This document shows, in pieces, positions 13,430 through 26,166 of a DNA stretch of 64,000 nucleotides. The stretch comes from Eledone cirrhosa (taxonomy: Eukaryota), in assembly GCA_964016885.1 (NCBI GenBank), contig OZ024740.1, forward strand, positions 284,518,001 to 284,582,000, given 5' to 3'. Each line of letters begins with the position of its first letter. Within the stretch, counting starts at the first letter, position 1. A model generated the notes under the pieces. It searched no databases, was not told where the DNA came from, and was given only the letters and a program-made list of their open reading frames with translations. Position numbers and translations under genes: made by a program.

Positions 13430-16322
13430 TGTGATGGCTATGATGGTGTCCATGGAGGTTATGGGTTTGGTACTAGAAATGAGGAAGGCTTCTGCATCCT
13501 GGAATTCTGTGATGCAAATGACCTGACTGTCTGCAACACAAACTTCAAAATACGTGACAGTCATTGGATCACATATAGATCAGGGGGGCACACCAGCCAG
13601 ATAGACTTTATCCTTACTAGGAAACGAGACAAAGTGTCTGTTTTGAACATTAAGTCCCTCCCTTGCAAAGAATGCGCCTTCCAACATAATTTAATAGTAA
13701 GTGACCTTATAGTCAGGGCCAGACGTAATTGCCGGCAGAGGAATACCTTAAGAAGAAGATTATGGAAGTTGAAGAACCCTGCAGCAGTAACAAATTCAAA
13801 GGCATATTACGTGATGCTTTTGATAGTAAGGAAGAGCAATTAGAGTCATACAATATAGAGGAACAGTGGGAATTCCTGAAAGTTAACCTGTTGAAGGCGA
13901 CTGATGAAATCTGCGGCTGGAGCAGACTTCAGGCAGGAGCAGAGTGACATGGTGGTGGAACAGTAAGTTGGAGGAGTCCATCAGGGGCAAAAAGCAGGCG
14001 TGGAATTTCCACGTCTGCCATTCTTTCCACTGGAAAAAATAGCAGGACGGGGATAGTAGAGAACACTATCGGGTAGCTAGGAGAGAAGCTAGACAACAAG
14101 TATACCTTGCAAAGAGGGAAGCAGAGGATAGTAAGTTCGAACATATTCTACAACGGGAGGACCAAAGACGTGAGATATTCAGGATTGCGAGGCAATGTGT
14201 CAAGGAGAACTGTGATATTGTCGGGGAGACGTGTATCCATAATGACGATGGTGTACATGCCCTCACTGATAGTGATAAGAAGGTAGCTTGGAAGTGTCAC
14301 TACGAGGGACTACTGAATGTGGAGAATGAATGGAATAAAGATAGTCTGCCCCATATTGATCCAATAGAAGGACCAGCTGTGCAAGTTAATGGTAGTGTAG
14401 TAAGTAAGGCAATCAAAAATATGAAGACAGGCAAGGCAGCTGGGCCTTCGGGGATAGTTGCTGAAATATTGAAGGTATCTGGAATGGGACATACTATGGT
14501 CACCTGGATAGTAAACCAAGTAATACAGAATGGGGTCATACCAAATGACTGGCATAGCAGCAGCATCATCAACTTTTACAAGGGCAAAGGAGATGCCCTG
14601 GATAGAGGAAACTATAGGGGTATTAAATTAGTTTACCAAATCATGAAAGTCACAGAAAGAGTTATTATTCAACTGATTAGAGACCAAATTGATCTAGATG
14701 AAATGCAGTTTGGGTTTGTGCCAGATAAAAGTACCATGGGTGCTCTTTTCCTTGTATGGCAATTACAGGAAAAGTACCTAGCTAACAATAAACCCCTCTA
14801 CTTAGCTTTTGTTGACTTGGAGAAGGCCTTTGACAGAGTCCCACGCACCTTAATCTGGTGGGCTCTTAGAAAACTAGGAGTGGAAGAATGGCTTGTGAGA
14901 GCTATACAAGCCATGTGTAGAGGAACAGTCAGCAAGGTTAGAATTAACGATGAATATAGTAATGAATCTAGTATAATAGTAGGGGTTCACCAGGGTTCCG
15001 TTCTTAGCCCCCTCCTGTTTATTATTGTCCTACAGGCTATAACAGAGGGGTTTAAGACTGCCCATGGGAACTTCTATATGCAGATGATCTAACTCTCATA
15101 GCTGAATCCATGGCTGAACTAGAGAGGAAGTTCCAAACATGGAAGCATGGAGTTGAATAAAAAGGCCTTAGAGTCAACTTATCTAAGACTAAGGTTCTAG
15201 TGTATGGAAAGGAGAATAGGGCACAGGTACCCTCTGGGAAATGGCCATGCTTAGTGTGTTAGAAAGGAGTAGGCAGAAACTCCATTCTATGTCCCAAATG
15301 CAAACTATGGGTACATAAAAGATGTAGTGGGATCAGAGGTAAGCTATCTAAGAACGTAGATTTTATATGTGACCAATGCTCAGGAGCAGTAAGTAGCAAG
15401 GACCCATTGGATAATATCTCCTTCAACTGCCCAGATGGTTCTATAGAAATAGTAGACACCTTCCGTTACCTGGGTGACAAAATCAGCAGTGGAGGAGGGT
15501 GCTGTGAAAGTGTAGTAGAATGGGATGGAAAAATTTCAGAGAGCTAATACTGCTGTTGGTCACAAGGGGTTTTTCTCTAAAAATGAAAGGCAGATTGTAT
15601 GATGCTTGTATACGAATGGCGATATTACATGGTAGTGAGACCTGGGCATTGTGTGCTGAAGACTTGCGTAGATTAGAAAGAAATGAAGCTTGCATGCTCC
15701 GATGGATGTGTGATAGTAATGTGCATAAATGAATTAAGAGGGAGACTAAGCATAAGAGGTATCAAATGTTGTGTTCTGGAGAGGAGATTGCGTTGATATG
15801 GACATGTGATGTGTATGAAGGACGAGAGCTGTATAAAAAAGTGCAGGGCAATGAAAATTGATAGAAGCTGCGGAGTGAGTAGACCAAGAAAACCTGGGAT
15901 GAGGTGATAAAATTTGACCTTTCCCACCTACACCTCTCTAAGACAATGACACTGGATTGAGACCTTTGGTGCCATGCAGTTGTACAGAAGATCCGACTGC
16001 CATTGCATACAAACCTACAGTCAGTAGGCACCTCTTAACTCAATGTACACCCTACCCCATCCTCCCTCTCCCGTTCTGTGCACTGTGTCTATGACACAAC
16101 AGTCCACACTGTAAGGTGGCCGTGTAGGAAACACGGTGAAAAGGCTCCCAATCCACACTGTAAATGTGGTTGGTGTTAGGGCATCCAGCTGTAAAAAGAA
16201 CCTGCCAGAGACACTTCCGTGCGAGCAAGACATGGTCTTCCGACCATTCCCACATCAAATGGAACAAAACCATTTAACTCATGCTAGCATGGAAGATGGA
16301 TGTTAAATGATGATGATGATGA
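13430..16322 (+). mobile_element. 5'-truncated, decayed RTE LINE (part of APE, RT, 3' UTR, (GAT)n tail)
   Basis: HGGYGFGTRNEEG..SQIDFILTR, MKTGKAAGPSGIVAE, YRGIKL, FVDLEKAFDRVP, GVHQGSVLSPLLF, with many stops and frameshifts. Confidence 0.93.
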
Positions 16323-16737
16323 TATATATATATATATATATATATAAAGCTATTCAGTAATATTGTTGATTACTGGAGGTGGTACCAATATAAGCATTTG
16401 ATACTATATTATAGTGTATATATTAAGTGTGATATGACAAAGTTTCACTTTAAAATGTTTTTATAGTATATCGACCATTAGATATGTTTCACAGATGATT
16501 GGCTCGAAATCTACATCAATGGGATAGACCTGACTCCAACATCAATCTACTTCTCTGATGTGTGGACTCAATCAAAACATTTACACATGCACTCAGGTAC
16601 CAAATCTTCATTTGGTCTGTGTCTCACATATTTCAATCCATTGCTTCTAAAAATTGAAATCTTCATCATATTGTTTCAGCTGTCTATCCCTTATGCTATC
16701 TTACTCACAAAAGATGTTTTCTTCTCTGAAGAATATT

Positions 16738-17458
16738 CAGGTATGGGTTTTGTCCAGGTAGGGTATGGTCCCGTAAATTCCTGATGGAGTTGTAGGGGCA
16801 CCATATTAACACACAGTGTTTCTTTGGCATGTTAAGCCTAGTGGCACCCATTCCTCCCCAGGCTTGAGTACAATAGATTTCTTCCAGAGAAGGATAGAAA
16901 GAGTGAGAGAGAGGAAGTGAGAAAGAAATATATAGGAAGAATCGACCCCAGTACTAGACTGGCACTTTCAACAAACAACCAAAAGACTTAAAATTCCCAA
17001 GAAATGCCATATGTCAATATGGTGCCCCTACAATTCCATCAGGAGTTATCTTGTGACTCTAAAATCTGCCAGTTGAAGACTGCGCATCAATATGAGATAT
17101 TTTTCTCCACAAAGTTCAATCACCAACAGCAGAGTTTAGATAGCAAAGATCAAGTCCAGTCCATAAGTTGACATTATCAAGCCATCGTTTTGGTTGCCGG
17201 CTTCTACTTCTCTTACCAGCCAACCTTCCTTCCAGGCATAACCTACTCACACCACGAGTTGATCTTTTTATATGACCGTATAGTTTGAGTTCTCTTGACT
17301 TGACAATTGATGTAATTGGTCTAAGTTTGATTATGTTGAGCAGCTCACTAATACAGATATGGTCGCTGAGCTGCTTACCAGTCATAAATCTCATGATGTG
17401 GTTCTGGAATGTAGAGAGCTTCTGAAATGACCATAACTGGAAAAAAAACCCATACCTG
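16738..17458. mobile_element. Foldback/MITE-like element with long inverted arms; right arm split by a LINE fragment
   Basis: caggtatgggtttt.. pairs with ..aaaacccatacctg. cctgatggagttgtaggggcaccatatt (16780-16807) pairs with aatatggtgcccctacaattccatcagg (~17016-17043). AATATT flanks both ends. Confidence 0.65.
17050..17428 (-). mobile_element. 3' fragment of a different RTE/BovB-like LINE
   Basis: KSRELKLYGHIKR..LCLEGRLAGKRSRSRQPKRWLDNV is a typical RTE C-terminus. Confidence 0.8.
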
Positions 17459-17589
17459 AATATTTCAGGTATTCTTAATTAAATTCTCTACCAAAGAATT
17501 TGTTCTGTACAGTTCTATTGCCTTAAGTAACCCAACTAGCTGCTAATGTTTGCTGTATTTATATTGATGTCATCAGTTAGAATTAAACT

Positions 17590-17977
17590 AATGTGAAATA
17601 AAGTGTCTTGCTCAAGAAAACAACACATCACCCGGTCTAAGACTTGAACCGGGTGATGTGTTGTTTCCTTGAGCAAGACACTTCATTTCACATTGCTCCA
17701 GTTTACCCAGTTGTAGAAATGAGATGATAGGGACCGGGGTCCATATCATTCCACTGCAAAGTGGTCGTGGAGGTGCCACGGCAAAAAAGCACCCAGCCCA
17801 CACTGTAAAGTGGACATGTAGGCACCAAACCAGAAAAGCACCCAGCACTCATTGTAAATAAGGTTGGTGTTAGGAAGAGCATCCAGCTGTAGAAATCAAG
17901 CCAGAATTAGTTCCCGTCCCTCCCTTGCAAGCAGGGAAAAGCGGACGTAAAATGATGATGATGATGATGATGATGAT
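17590..17977 (+). mobile_element. Composite SINE: CORE-like body + 48-bp units + RTE tail, with a 5' foldback
   Basis: Family B body at 17648-17725, two 48-bp units, ggttggtgttaggaagagcatccagc and (GAT)n. 17590-17636 is an inverted copy of 17648-17694. Confidence 0.72.
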
Positions 17978-19432
17978 ATGTTAATTATCCTGCTCACTTG
18001 TTTTACTTTTTCTTCCTGTTCTTTTTGTCATTTTTACTGTATCACATTCTTTAAAGTATTAACAAACCTTTGTTAAACCAGATTTTGTTGTATTTTCTTA
18101 TAGTCTTTTGGTTGTTTATTGAAAGGTGAACATTATTCTTGAAGTATTTGTTATGGTTTAGATAGTGTCTGATCTTTCCTAACACAAATGGTCATAACAA
18201 ATGATAAGGACATGTTCAAATATAAGTACCATCAACATTTGATCGGATAACAGAAATGATCTGATTGTACTTCCCTGCAGATAGGCAGGATCTTGTCTCA
18301 ATGCTGATTGAATCCATAGTAACAAAATTACATATTTACTCCCACATATCTGAGTTTTACTTAACCTTAGTTTTATAAGTATCTGTTTTAGAGTAAATGA
18401 AATATAAATTTTGAAGCAGCATAGGCCAGAGAACATTAAAATATTCTTTAACTCTTTCATTACCTTTTTTTTTTTATCAAAGACACTGCCTATGGTTTTC
18501 AAAAATAAAAATTAGAAATAGTGAATAATTTGTAAGAATTATTCACTAGTAATGGATTGGGAGGAAACATAATATCACTAATGGTGTCACAGGTGTGTGG
18601 CGAAAGAACTCTGAGAGACTATATTTATATCTATATTTTTTAACTGTTGATCAATCGATGATAAACACTGATTGCCAGCTGAATTAATTATAGAAATATT
18701 AAATATACTGAAGCAAAAACCAACCCAAACTAAACAGTGAGTGTGTTTTATTATATATTTCTGGCGATATTAAAATAACATGACCCTCCCCAAATATAAC
18801 AATGTTCTCATTATTTAGTTGGTATTTCGAACATAATTTAACAAAAGTGCTTGCATTAAATTATGACAAGTTTCAGATGTATATAAAAACATTAAAATAA
18901 GCAACTTTGTATTAAAAAACCACGGTTGGTTTCAGGCTATTTGATATTAAAAATGTTAAAGATGATTAAAAAATAATTCTGAGGCATAAAGCCAACAAAC
19001 AACAAGTGTATAAGAAAGTGTTCAGAATATTTTGGCCACTAGTGTATGTTTTGGGTACATGCTGTGAGTAAATAACTTGTGTGAAGTAATAAATATTGAT
19101 AAAGTAAATTCTCAATAAAAGGTGTTGTCTTTATGAATCAATAAGTAAAAATATTTTTATAACAAACATATTTACTCACACACACATATGTCTGTATACA
19201 TTTATAGGAATAAAAAAACACAAAACACTTAGTGGCTTCACTTTACACTCACAAATAAAGAAATATAAATACTATTATATATACAACATGAGGTTGTAGA
19301 TTGGTAGAATTGTTTGAGCATCAAACTAATTGCCTTGTGTTACTTGTTCTGGCTCTTTGTATTCTGAGTTCAAATTTCAGTGAGATCAACTTTACCTTTC
19401 ATCCATCAAGGACTGATGAAATAAAGTATCAG

Positions 19433-19661
19433 TTAACCCTTTAGCATTTACATTACTCCATATATACTATTGTATTTTTGTGGTAAAGGCTTTATTTTAC
19501 ATAATTATCTCACATAATATGACATTTATGAGATTTTGATATTATTTATTTTAAGAACAATACCTTAACGTCAGTATGAGCAGCCAGTTATGGCCAGTTT
19601 AAACAGAAAGAGGTGAGAGAATGCTGGCTGGTTATGGCCGGTTTAAATGCTAAAGGGTTAA
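19433..19661. mobile_element. piggyBac-type MITE (~220 bp)
   Basis: TTAA-CCCTTTAGCATTTA...TAAATGCTAAAGGG-TTAA, inserted in the TTAA of an older SINE (19300-19725). Confidence 0.88.
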
Positions 19662-19725
19662 ATAGTGAAGATGGTTTAACTAAGCTCATCCCCTCAAAAT
19701 TCTGGCCTTGTGCCTATGCTAGAAA

Positions 19726-19804
19726 TCTATATGTAATATAAAAGAAAGATGTTTATTGGCTGGTTAGCTGGCTGGTTGGCTGGTTGAATCACACAAAAAC
19801 TAAA

Positions 19805-19841
<37 letters not shown>

Positions 19842-20466
19842 CCATACACACACAAATAAGAGAGAGACACAAAGAGAGAGGCAGAAAGAGAGAGATAAGC
19901 CGTTATACAGAGAGAGATACAATTAAAGTGTTTGATATTCAGAGAGAGTAACATACTATGAAAGTCTAGAAATGGCTTAAACTATAGATCTTTTGATCTA
20001 TAGAAAGGTTTAACAATATTGCATTAGCTTTTATAAATTCGTTTGACAGTCTTTGATTTTATAGAGCAAAGAAAAATTGATACTATTTGAAATTAATCTA
20101 CCCTCCAGCTTTTATCCATATACTACTTACAGACCATACTAATGAAGCTAAACACTTCAGAAGCAATGTTATGCAGTATATTGCTGTGTTTCAGATGACG
20201 TCATTTGGAGCTGAAAAAGATCATACTGACTATGGTTATTTCACAACATTTAAAATCCAAGGTCAATGCTACCATTTAATCGGCAGTTTACTCTCCCAGC
20301 CTAATAAGGGAGTTTTATGATTGTTTTTTTTTATGTCTCTCTCACACACACACACACACATTACAGTCTCACCTCAAACCCAGACAACACATCCAATACA
20401 GTCGTTTTCTCTTTTATCCATCTTCTCTTAACTGTTCTCCCAGACAAAGCCGGGTACCGCAGCTAG
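19726..20466 (+). mobile_element. Non-autonomous Helitron with a Rep N-terminal remnant
   Basis: 5' a|TCTATATGTAATATAAAAG; internal HFRSNV..YIAVFQMTSFG..TFKIQGQCYHLIGSLL; 3' cccagacaaagccggg hairpin followed by CTAG|t; inserted between A and T. Confidence 0.85.
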
Positions 20467-21189
20467 TTATTAGATATACAACATACTAATTATATATACG
20501 CATACTTGTATTTTTTTATAGAGCTGTATTTGCATATATATATATATATATATATGTAAGCCAGAAACAGTTCTGTGTAAGCAAGACACGATCACCTACC
20601 CAACATGCCCCAAACGGGACAATCCGTCTAACCCATGCTAGCATGTAAAAATGGCCATTAAACGATGATGATGATGATATATATATATGTCACTTTGATG
20701 ATATTGTTGTGGTTGTTATTGCTGCTGTTGCTGTTGTTGTTGTGGTTGTTGTTATTGTTGTAGTTCTCTGATATTCTACTATTTTGAACAACAACTCTTA
20801 TCACGCCACACCACTGACATGGCTTTATAGCACACTTGAGTTTCTGATATCAGGTTAATCAACAGGTGACGGACATATATCCCCTCATGTTTACAATTGC
20901 CTGGGTACAGGAATTGGTAGCAGTTTCTTAGACCTCGTGCCAATGAAACACAACACACACTATCTGAGAGACATTTACTATTAAACTTGAAATATCCATA
21001 AAAGGTCAAATAACCCTCTAATCAGTAGTAATGGGAAGTCGGATTGATGACAAATGATTGAAGTGGACAAGCCCCAAGTGGTGCTAGATAGAGTCTTTTA
21101 CCAAGATTCATATGTTAACCATGCTGGAGGTAACTACACCAAAAACATTTGCCTGGAACATATTGCAGTATAAACAATAACATAATAGC

Positions 21190-21755
21190 TGTCTGACGAA
21201 GTTGATACCATTGCAAAAGCTAGTTCACAAATGTCCCAGCTTCAGTATTCAGTGATCAGAAGAAGGGAGGTAGGAGTAAAAGCCAAACTTGCTATCATCA
21301 ATTCGGTTTTCGTGCCAACCCTTACCTATGGTCAGGAATTTGGGGTAATAACCAAAATAATATGATCTCGAATACAAGTGGCCAAAATGGAATTCCTCCG
21401 ATGGTTCTTTGGAGTAACATTACTTGCTAAAATGTGTAGCTTGGAGATCAGAGAGTGACTCCAGGTAGAGCCGCTACTTCTCAGAACTGAGAGATCACAG
21501 CTCACGTACTATGGCCATATGGTTAGAATGTCGCAGGAAAGAATCGCTGGACAGATTTTACAAGCAAAACCAACTGGGGGTAGACCCCAAGCAAGATGGT
21601 TGGATAACATCCATGAGCTTGACTGGTCTCACTTGGGATCTAGCTTGATCAGTTGGAGACGATTGCTTCTGACAGGACTAGCTGGAAGGAGTGTTTCAGG
21701 ACTCTGCCCCCACGACCCTCTCAGGAATAAGTGGAGAAAGAAGAAGAAGAGAAGA
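21190..21755 (+). mobile_element. RTE (Expander-like) 3' fragment with (GAA)n tail, third RTE family
   Basis: KAKLAIINSVFVPTLTYGQE..SRIQVAKMEFLR..RSQLTYYGHMVRM..GRPQARWLD, ending in aagaagaaga. Confidence 0.8.
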
Positions 21756-22611
21756 TACCATTGAAATGCTTATAACAACAATGACATAATCAATATTCTT
21801 CATTTTATACAAAAACTCCAGCATACATAAACCTGCATGATTATATTACAGTCTGGAAACTATACTATGTTGAGTGCTATGTTGAGTGCATACATAAGTG
21901 TTAGTTGATCAACATGAACAATTGGGAAACAATTACTGATTGATTAACACAAACGGACTAAATATATATATATGTAAATAAGCAAACAGGATCATCAAAT
22001 ACATAAATCTGAACATAGATACACCTAGAACAAATGCAAAGTAATCACTGAATGTCCCTATACATAAATAATACACTCCAAAAACAAAGCCATTAATAAA
22101 CGAAACACCCAGTGAATAAGACCATCAAATGCCAAACTCGTAACTAATACACTCATTAAAACAAAGCTAATTACAAACTAAATCTCTATACTAGATCTAA
22201 GCCATCATCCATAATTCCTACCTCAGACCTCCTCTATATTTCCTGACTCATACTCTGTAAACCCAACTACCAACCTGCTCTAAATATGAATATAGGAGAG
22301 ACAGACTTTTTCAAGCTGCAGCTGTCATATAACTAATGTCATGTCTAAAAATAAATAATAAATAATATTTATTATATTTAATGGGAATTTAGATCAATAC
22401 AATGCTAAAAGCATAGAAACCATCACAACTATTCTGACCTTGTGGCCTGCAAAACTGCTCAAAACATACAAAAAGAACATGTTTCAGTACAAACTTAAGA
22501 AGATATGTTCGCAGGACAACCATACCCCAAATAAGGTTGATAGCGATAAAAGAAATTTAAGAAGTTTAAAAATTTAACAAATATAAATATATATATATAT
22601 ATATATATACA

Positions 22612-22840
22612 TATCCAGGGGGTTTAACTTTGAGTTACTGCAGGTTCACCTGGGAGAGCACTCGATGTTTAGGTTCACTTCTGTGATGAGGTGTAGAGCT
22701 ATACAGAGTGTAATATATTGAAAGGATAACAAGGACGATTGGTTACTCCTTCATTATATTTATTGGTAGGTGACGCGCGTTTCGCCACTGATCAGCTCAA
22801 GGTTCGATCTGTATCGATCTGACCCGACTCAATGATGTAT
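22612..22840 (-). mobile_element. Truncated (TA)n-flanked Penelope-like terminal repeat with the 3' half of a hammerhead
   Basis: Minus strand ggcGAAACGCGCGTCacctaccAATAAA. Shares agagcactcga and aaaggat..aacaa blocks with 55965-56140. Confidence 0.5.
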
Positions 22841-22884
22841 ATATAAATATGTATGTATATATAAATATGTATGTATATATATAT

Positions 22885-25800
22885 ATCATCATCATCATCA
22901 TCATCAACGTTTAACGTCCGTGTTCCACGCTTGCATGGGTTTGGACGGGGGTAGTCCCACTTGAGGCAAGAGTGATTGTCTTGCTCGCATAGGACTGTCT
23001 GGCAGGTTTTCTACAGTTGGATGCCCTTCCTAACACCAACCACATTTACAGTGTGGGTCTGGGAGGTTTTTACCGTGTTGCCTACACGGCCACATTACAG
23101 CGTGGACTGTGTGTTTTTTTGTCGTGACACCTACGCGATCTCATTTGTTTCGGCCTGGATGGCGCGGCACCAACATAACTTTACATAGAACGGGGTGGTG
23201 TGGATGGGGTGTGGGGGGGGGGGGGGGGGGGGGTATTTTGTTAGAGATGCCTACTGGCTGGAGTAGGTTTTACTATGTATTTAGGTAAGGCGGGTCTTCT
23301 CTGTTACTGAGTACCGCCAAAGGTCTCGGTCCAGTGACATTGTCTTGGAGAGGTGTAAGTGTGTGAGGTCGGAGTTTATCAGCTCGTCCCAGGTTTTTCT
23401 AGGTCTGCCTATTCCGTGGCTACCGTCTATCTTTATTGCCCTGCACTTTGTTATACAGCTATCGACTTTCGTGCGCATCACGTGTCCATACCAACGTAGC
23501 CTTCTCTCGAGTAAACAACATCTGATCCCTCTTATTTCTAATTTTTTCCTTAGTTCGTTTATGCTTTGCCGTTAACGTATATTACTGTTACACATCCAGC
23601 GGAGCATGCAAGCTTCGTTCCTCTCTAGTCTGCGTATATCCTCTGCACACAATGCCCAGGTCTCACTGCCATGCAACATTGCTGTTCGTATGCAGGCATC
23701 GTACAACCTGCCTTTCATTTTTAGGGAGAACCCTTTAGCAGCTAATAGTGGTATAAGCTCTCTGAACTTTTTCCAACCAGTTCTGACTCTAGCTACTGTA
23801 CTTTCAGAGCACCCTCCCCCACTGCTGATTTTATCACCCAGGTAACAGAAACTGTCCACTATTTCTATAGAACCCTCTGCGCAATTGAAAGAGCTAGTAT
23901 TTAGTGGGCACTTGCTGCTACTTATTGCACCAGAGCACCGGCCACATGTAAAATCTATGTTCTTAGTTAGCTTACCTGTGATCCCACTACATCTTTTATG
24001 CACCCATACTTTGCATTTAGGACATAAAATGGAGTTTCTACCTACGCCTTTCCTACACACCGAGCACGACCATTTCCCAGAAGGGACCGCCGCCTTATTT
24101 TCTTTCCTACAAACTAGAACTTTAGTCTTAGCCAGGTTAATTTTAAGTCCTTTTGATTCTAGGCCGTGCTTCCATGTTTGGAATTTCTTCTCTAGCTCGG
24201 CCATTGATTCCGCTATGAGTGTCAGGTCGTCTGCGTATAGGAGTTCCCATGGGCAGCCGGTCTTGAACTCCTCTGTTATAGCCTGAAGGGCAATAATAAA
24301 TAGTAGGGGGCTGAGAACAGAGCCCTGATGGACGCCAACTTTTACGCTAAACTCTTCACTATATTCGTTGTTAATTCTAACCTTGCTGACTGTTTCTTTA
24401 TACATGGCTTGTATAGCTCTCACAAGCCATTCGTCAACGCCTAGTTTTCTAAGAGCCCACCAGATAATGGAGCGGGGGACTCTGTCGAAGGCTTTCTCCA
24501 AGTCGACAAAAGCTAAGTAGAGGGGTTTACCTTTAGCTAGGTACTTCTCCTGTAGTTGTCGTACAATGAAAAGAGCGTCTGTGGTACTTTTGCCTGACAC
24601 AAACCCGAACTGCATTTCATCTAGGTCAATTCTCTCTCTGATTAGTTGTGCTATTACTTTTTCCGTGACCTTCATGACCTGGTCGATTAATTTAATGCCT
24701 CTATAGTTACTCCTATCTAGGGCATCTCCTTTACCCTTATAACAGTTAACGATGATGCTGCTATGCCAGTCCTTCGGAACAACCCCATTCTGTACGACTT
24801 GGTTAACTATGCGGGTGACCATGGTGTGTCCCACCGTGCCAGATGCCTTCAGCATCTCAGCAACTATTTCCGAAGGCCCAGCTGCCTTACCCGTCTTCAT
24901 ATCCTTGATTGCCTTACTTATTATACTCCCCTCGACTAACACTGCTGGTCCCTCTATTGGGTCGATATGGGGGAGACTGTTTTTCTCCCATTTATTCTCC
25001 TCATTTAGTAGCCTTTCATAGTGACACTTCCAAGCTACCTTCTTATCAGCGTCGGTGATGGCAAGTATGCCATCATCGTTAAGTACACACTTCTCCCCGA
25101 CAATATCACGGTTTTCCTTGACGCATTGCCTAGCAATCCTGAACACCTCACGTTTTTGGTCATCGCGTTGTAGAACATGCTTGAACTTTCTTTCCTCAGC
25201 TTCCCTTCTTGCTAAGTACACTTGCCTCCTAGCTTCCCTCCTGGCCACTTGATAGTCTTGTCTACTTCCCCCATCCCGCCATACTTTCCAAGCCTGCTTT
25301 TTGGCCTTAATTGACCCCTCCACCTTACTGTTCCACCACCATGTTACTCTCCTCCTGCCTACAGGCCTGCTCCAGCCACAGACTTCGTCTGTCGCCAACA
25401 GCAGGTTTGCTTTCAGAAATTCCCACTGTCCCTCTATATTGTCCGACTCTAAATGTTCTTCCTTACTGTCGAAAGCATCAAGTAATATGGTTTGAAATTT
25501 ATTTCTGGCTGTGGGGTCCTTTAGCTTCCATATTTTTCTCCTGAGGATAGTCCTCTTCTGCTGTCGAGTACGTCTCGTCCTGACTATGAGGTCGCTAATT
25601 ATCAGTCTATGTTGGGAGGTGCATTCTTCATGGGGGAGGGATTTAGTGTTTACAACAGACACTCTGTCACGTCTTCTGGTAAGGATATAATCTACCTGGC
25701 TTGTGTGCTCCCCGGATCTATAGGTGATCAGGTGATTGTCACGTTTTTTGAAGTTAGTGTTACAGATAGTTAGGTTATTTGTATCACAGAATTCCAGGAT

Positions 25801-26065
25801 TCTGGAGCCTTCCTCATTTCTAGTACCAAACCCATAGCCTCCATGGATTTCGTCGTAGCCGTCACAATGTTGTCCAACGTGACCATTTAGGTCGCCTGCA
25901 ATAATTATATAGTCACTGTCGGATATTTGGGAGGTAGTTAGCATCAGTGTCTCATAGAATCTGTCTTTTATAGTGCTGGGCAGTCCGGATTGGGGTGCGT
26001 ACGCGGATATTACTGTCACCGTAGTTCTATTGAGGACAAGTCGTATTTTAATTATTCTGTCGTTC
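22885..26065 (-). mobile_element. Young RTE LINE lacking only the endonuclease N-terminus
   Basis: Open from about 26065 to 23281 except for one nonsense codon at 23572-23574 (other copies have GAA/GAC there). Motifs ISAYAPQ, IAGDLNGHVG, SQVDYIL, SQHRL, QGSVLSPLLF, LLYADDL. 3' UTR and (GAT)n tail end at 22885. Confidence 0.96.
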
Positions 26066-26166
26066 AAAGACGCCGACAAAGGAGAAGCTCTTCTCCTTTG
26101 TCGGCGTCTTTTCTCGCCCACCCGAGGCTGCCCTTTGGCCCCATGTAGCCTTAGTACCCCCACCAC
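23572..26166 (-). pseudogene. RTE APE-RT polyprotein ORF (864 aa; first ~34 residues are non-RTE read-through)
   Basis: ORF track; RTE homology begins at about NDRIIKIRLVL. Confidence 0.9.

Noticed and set aside
21900-22560. Possible decayed GIY-YIG/Penelope ORF (..TCSK..IGET..)
   Set aside because: Too degraded to support from the sequence alone.
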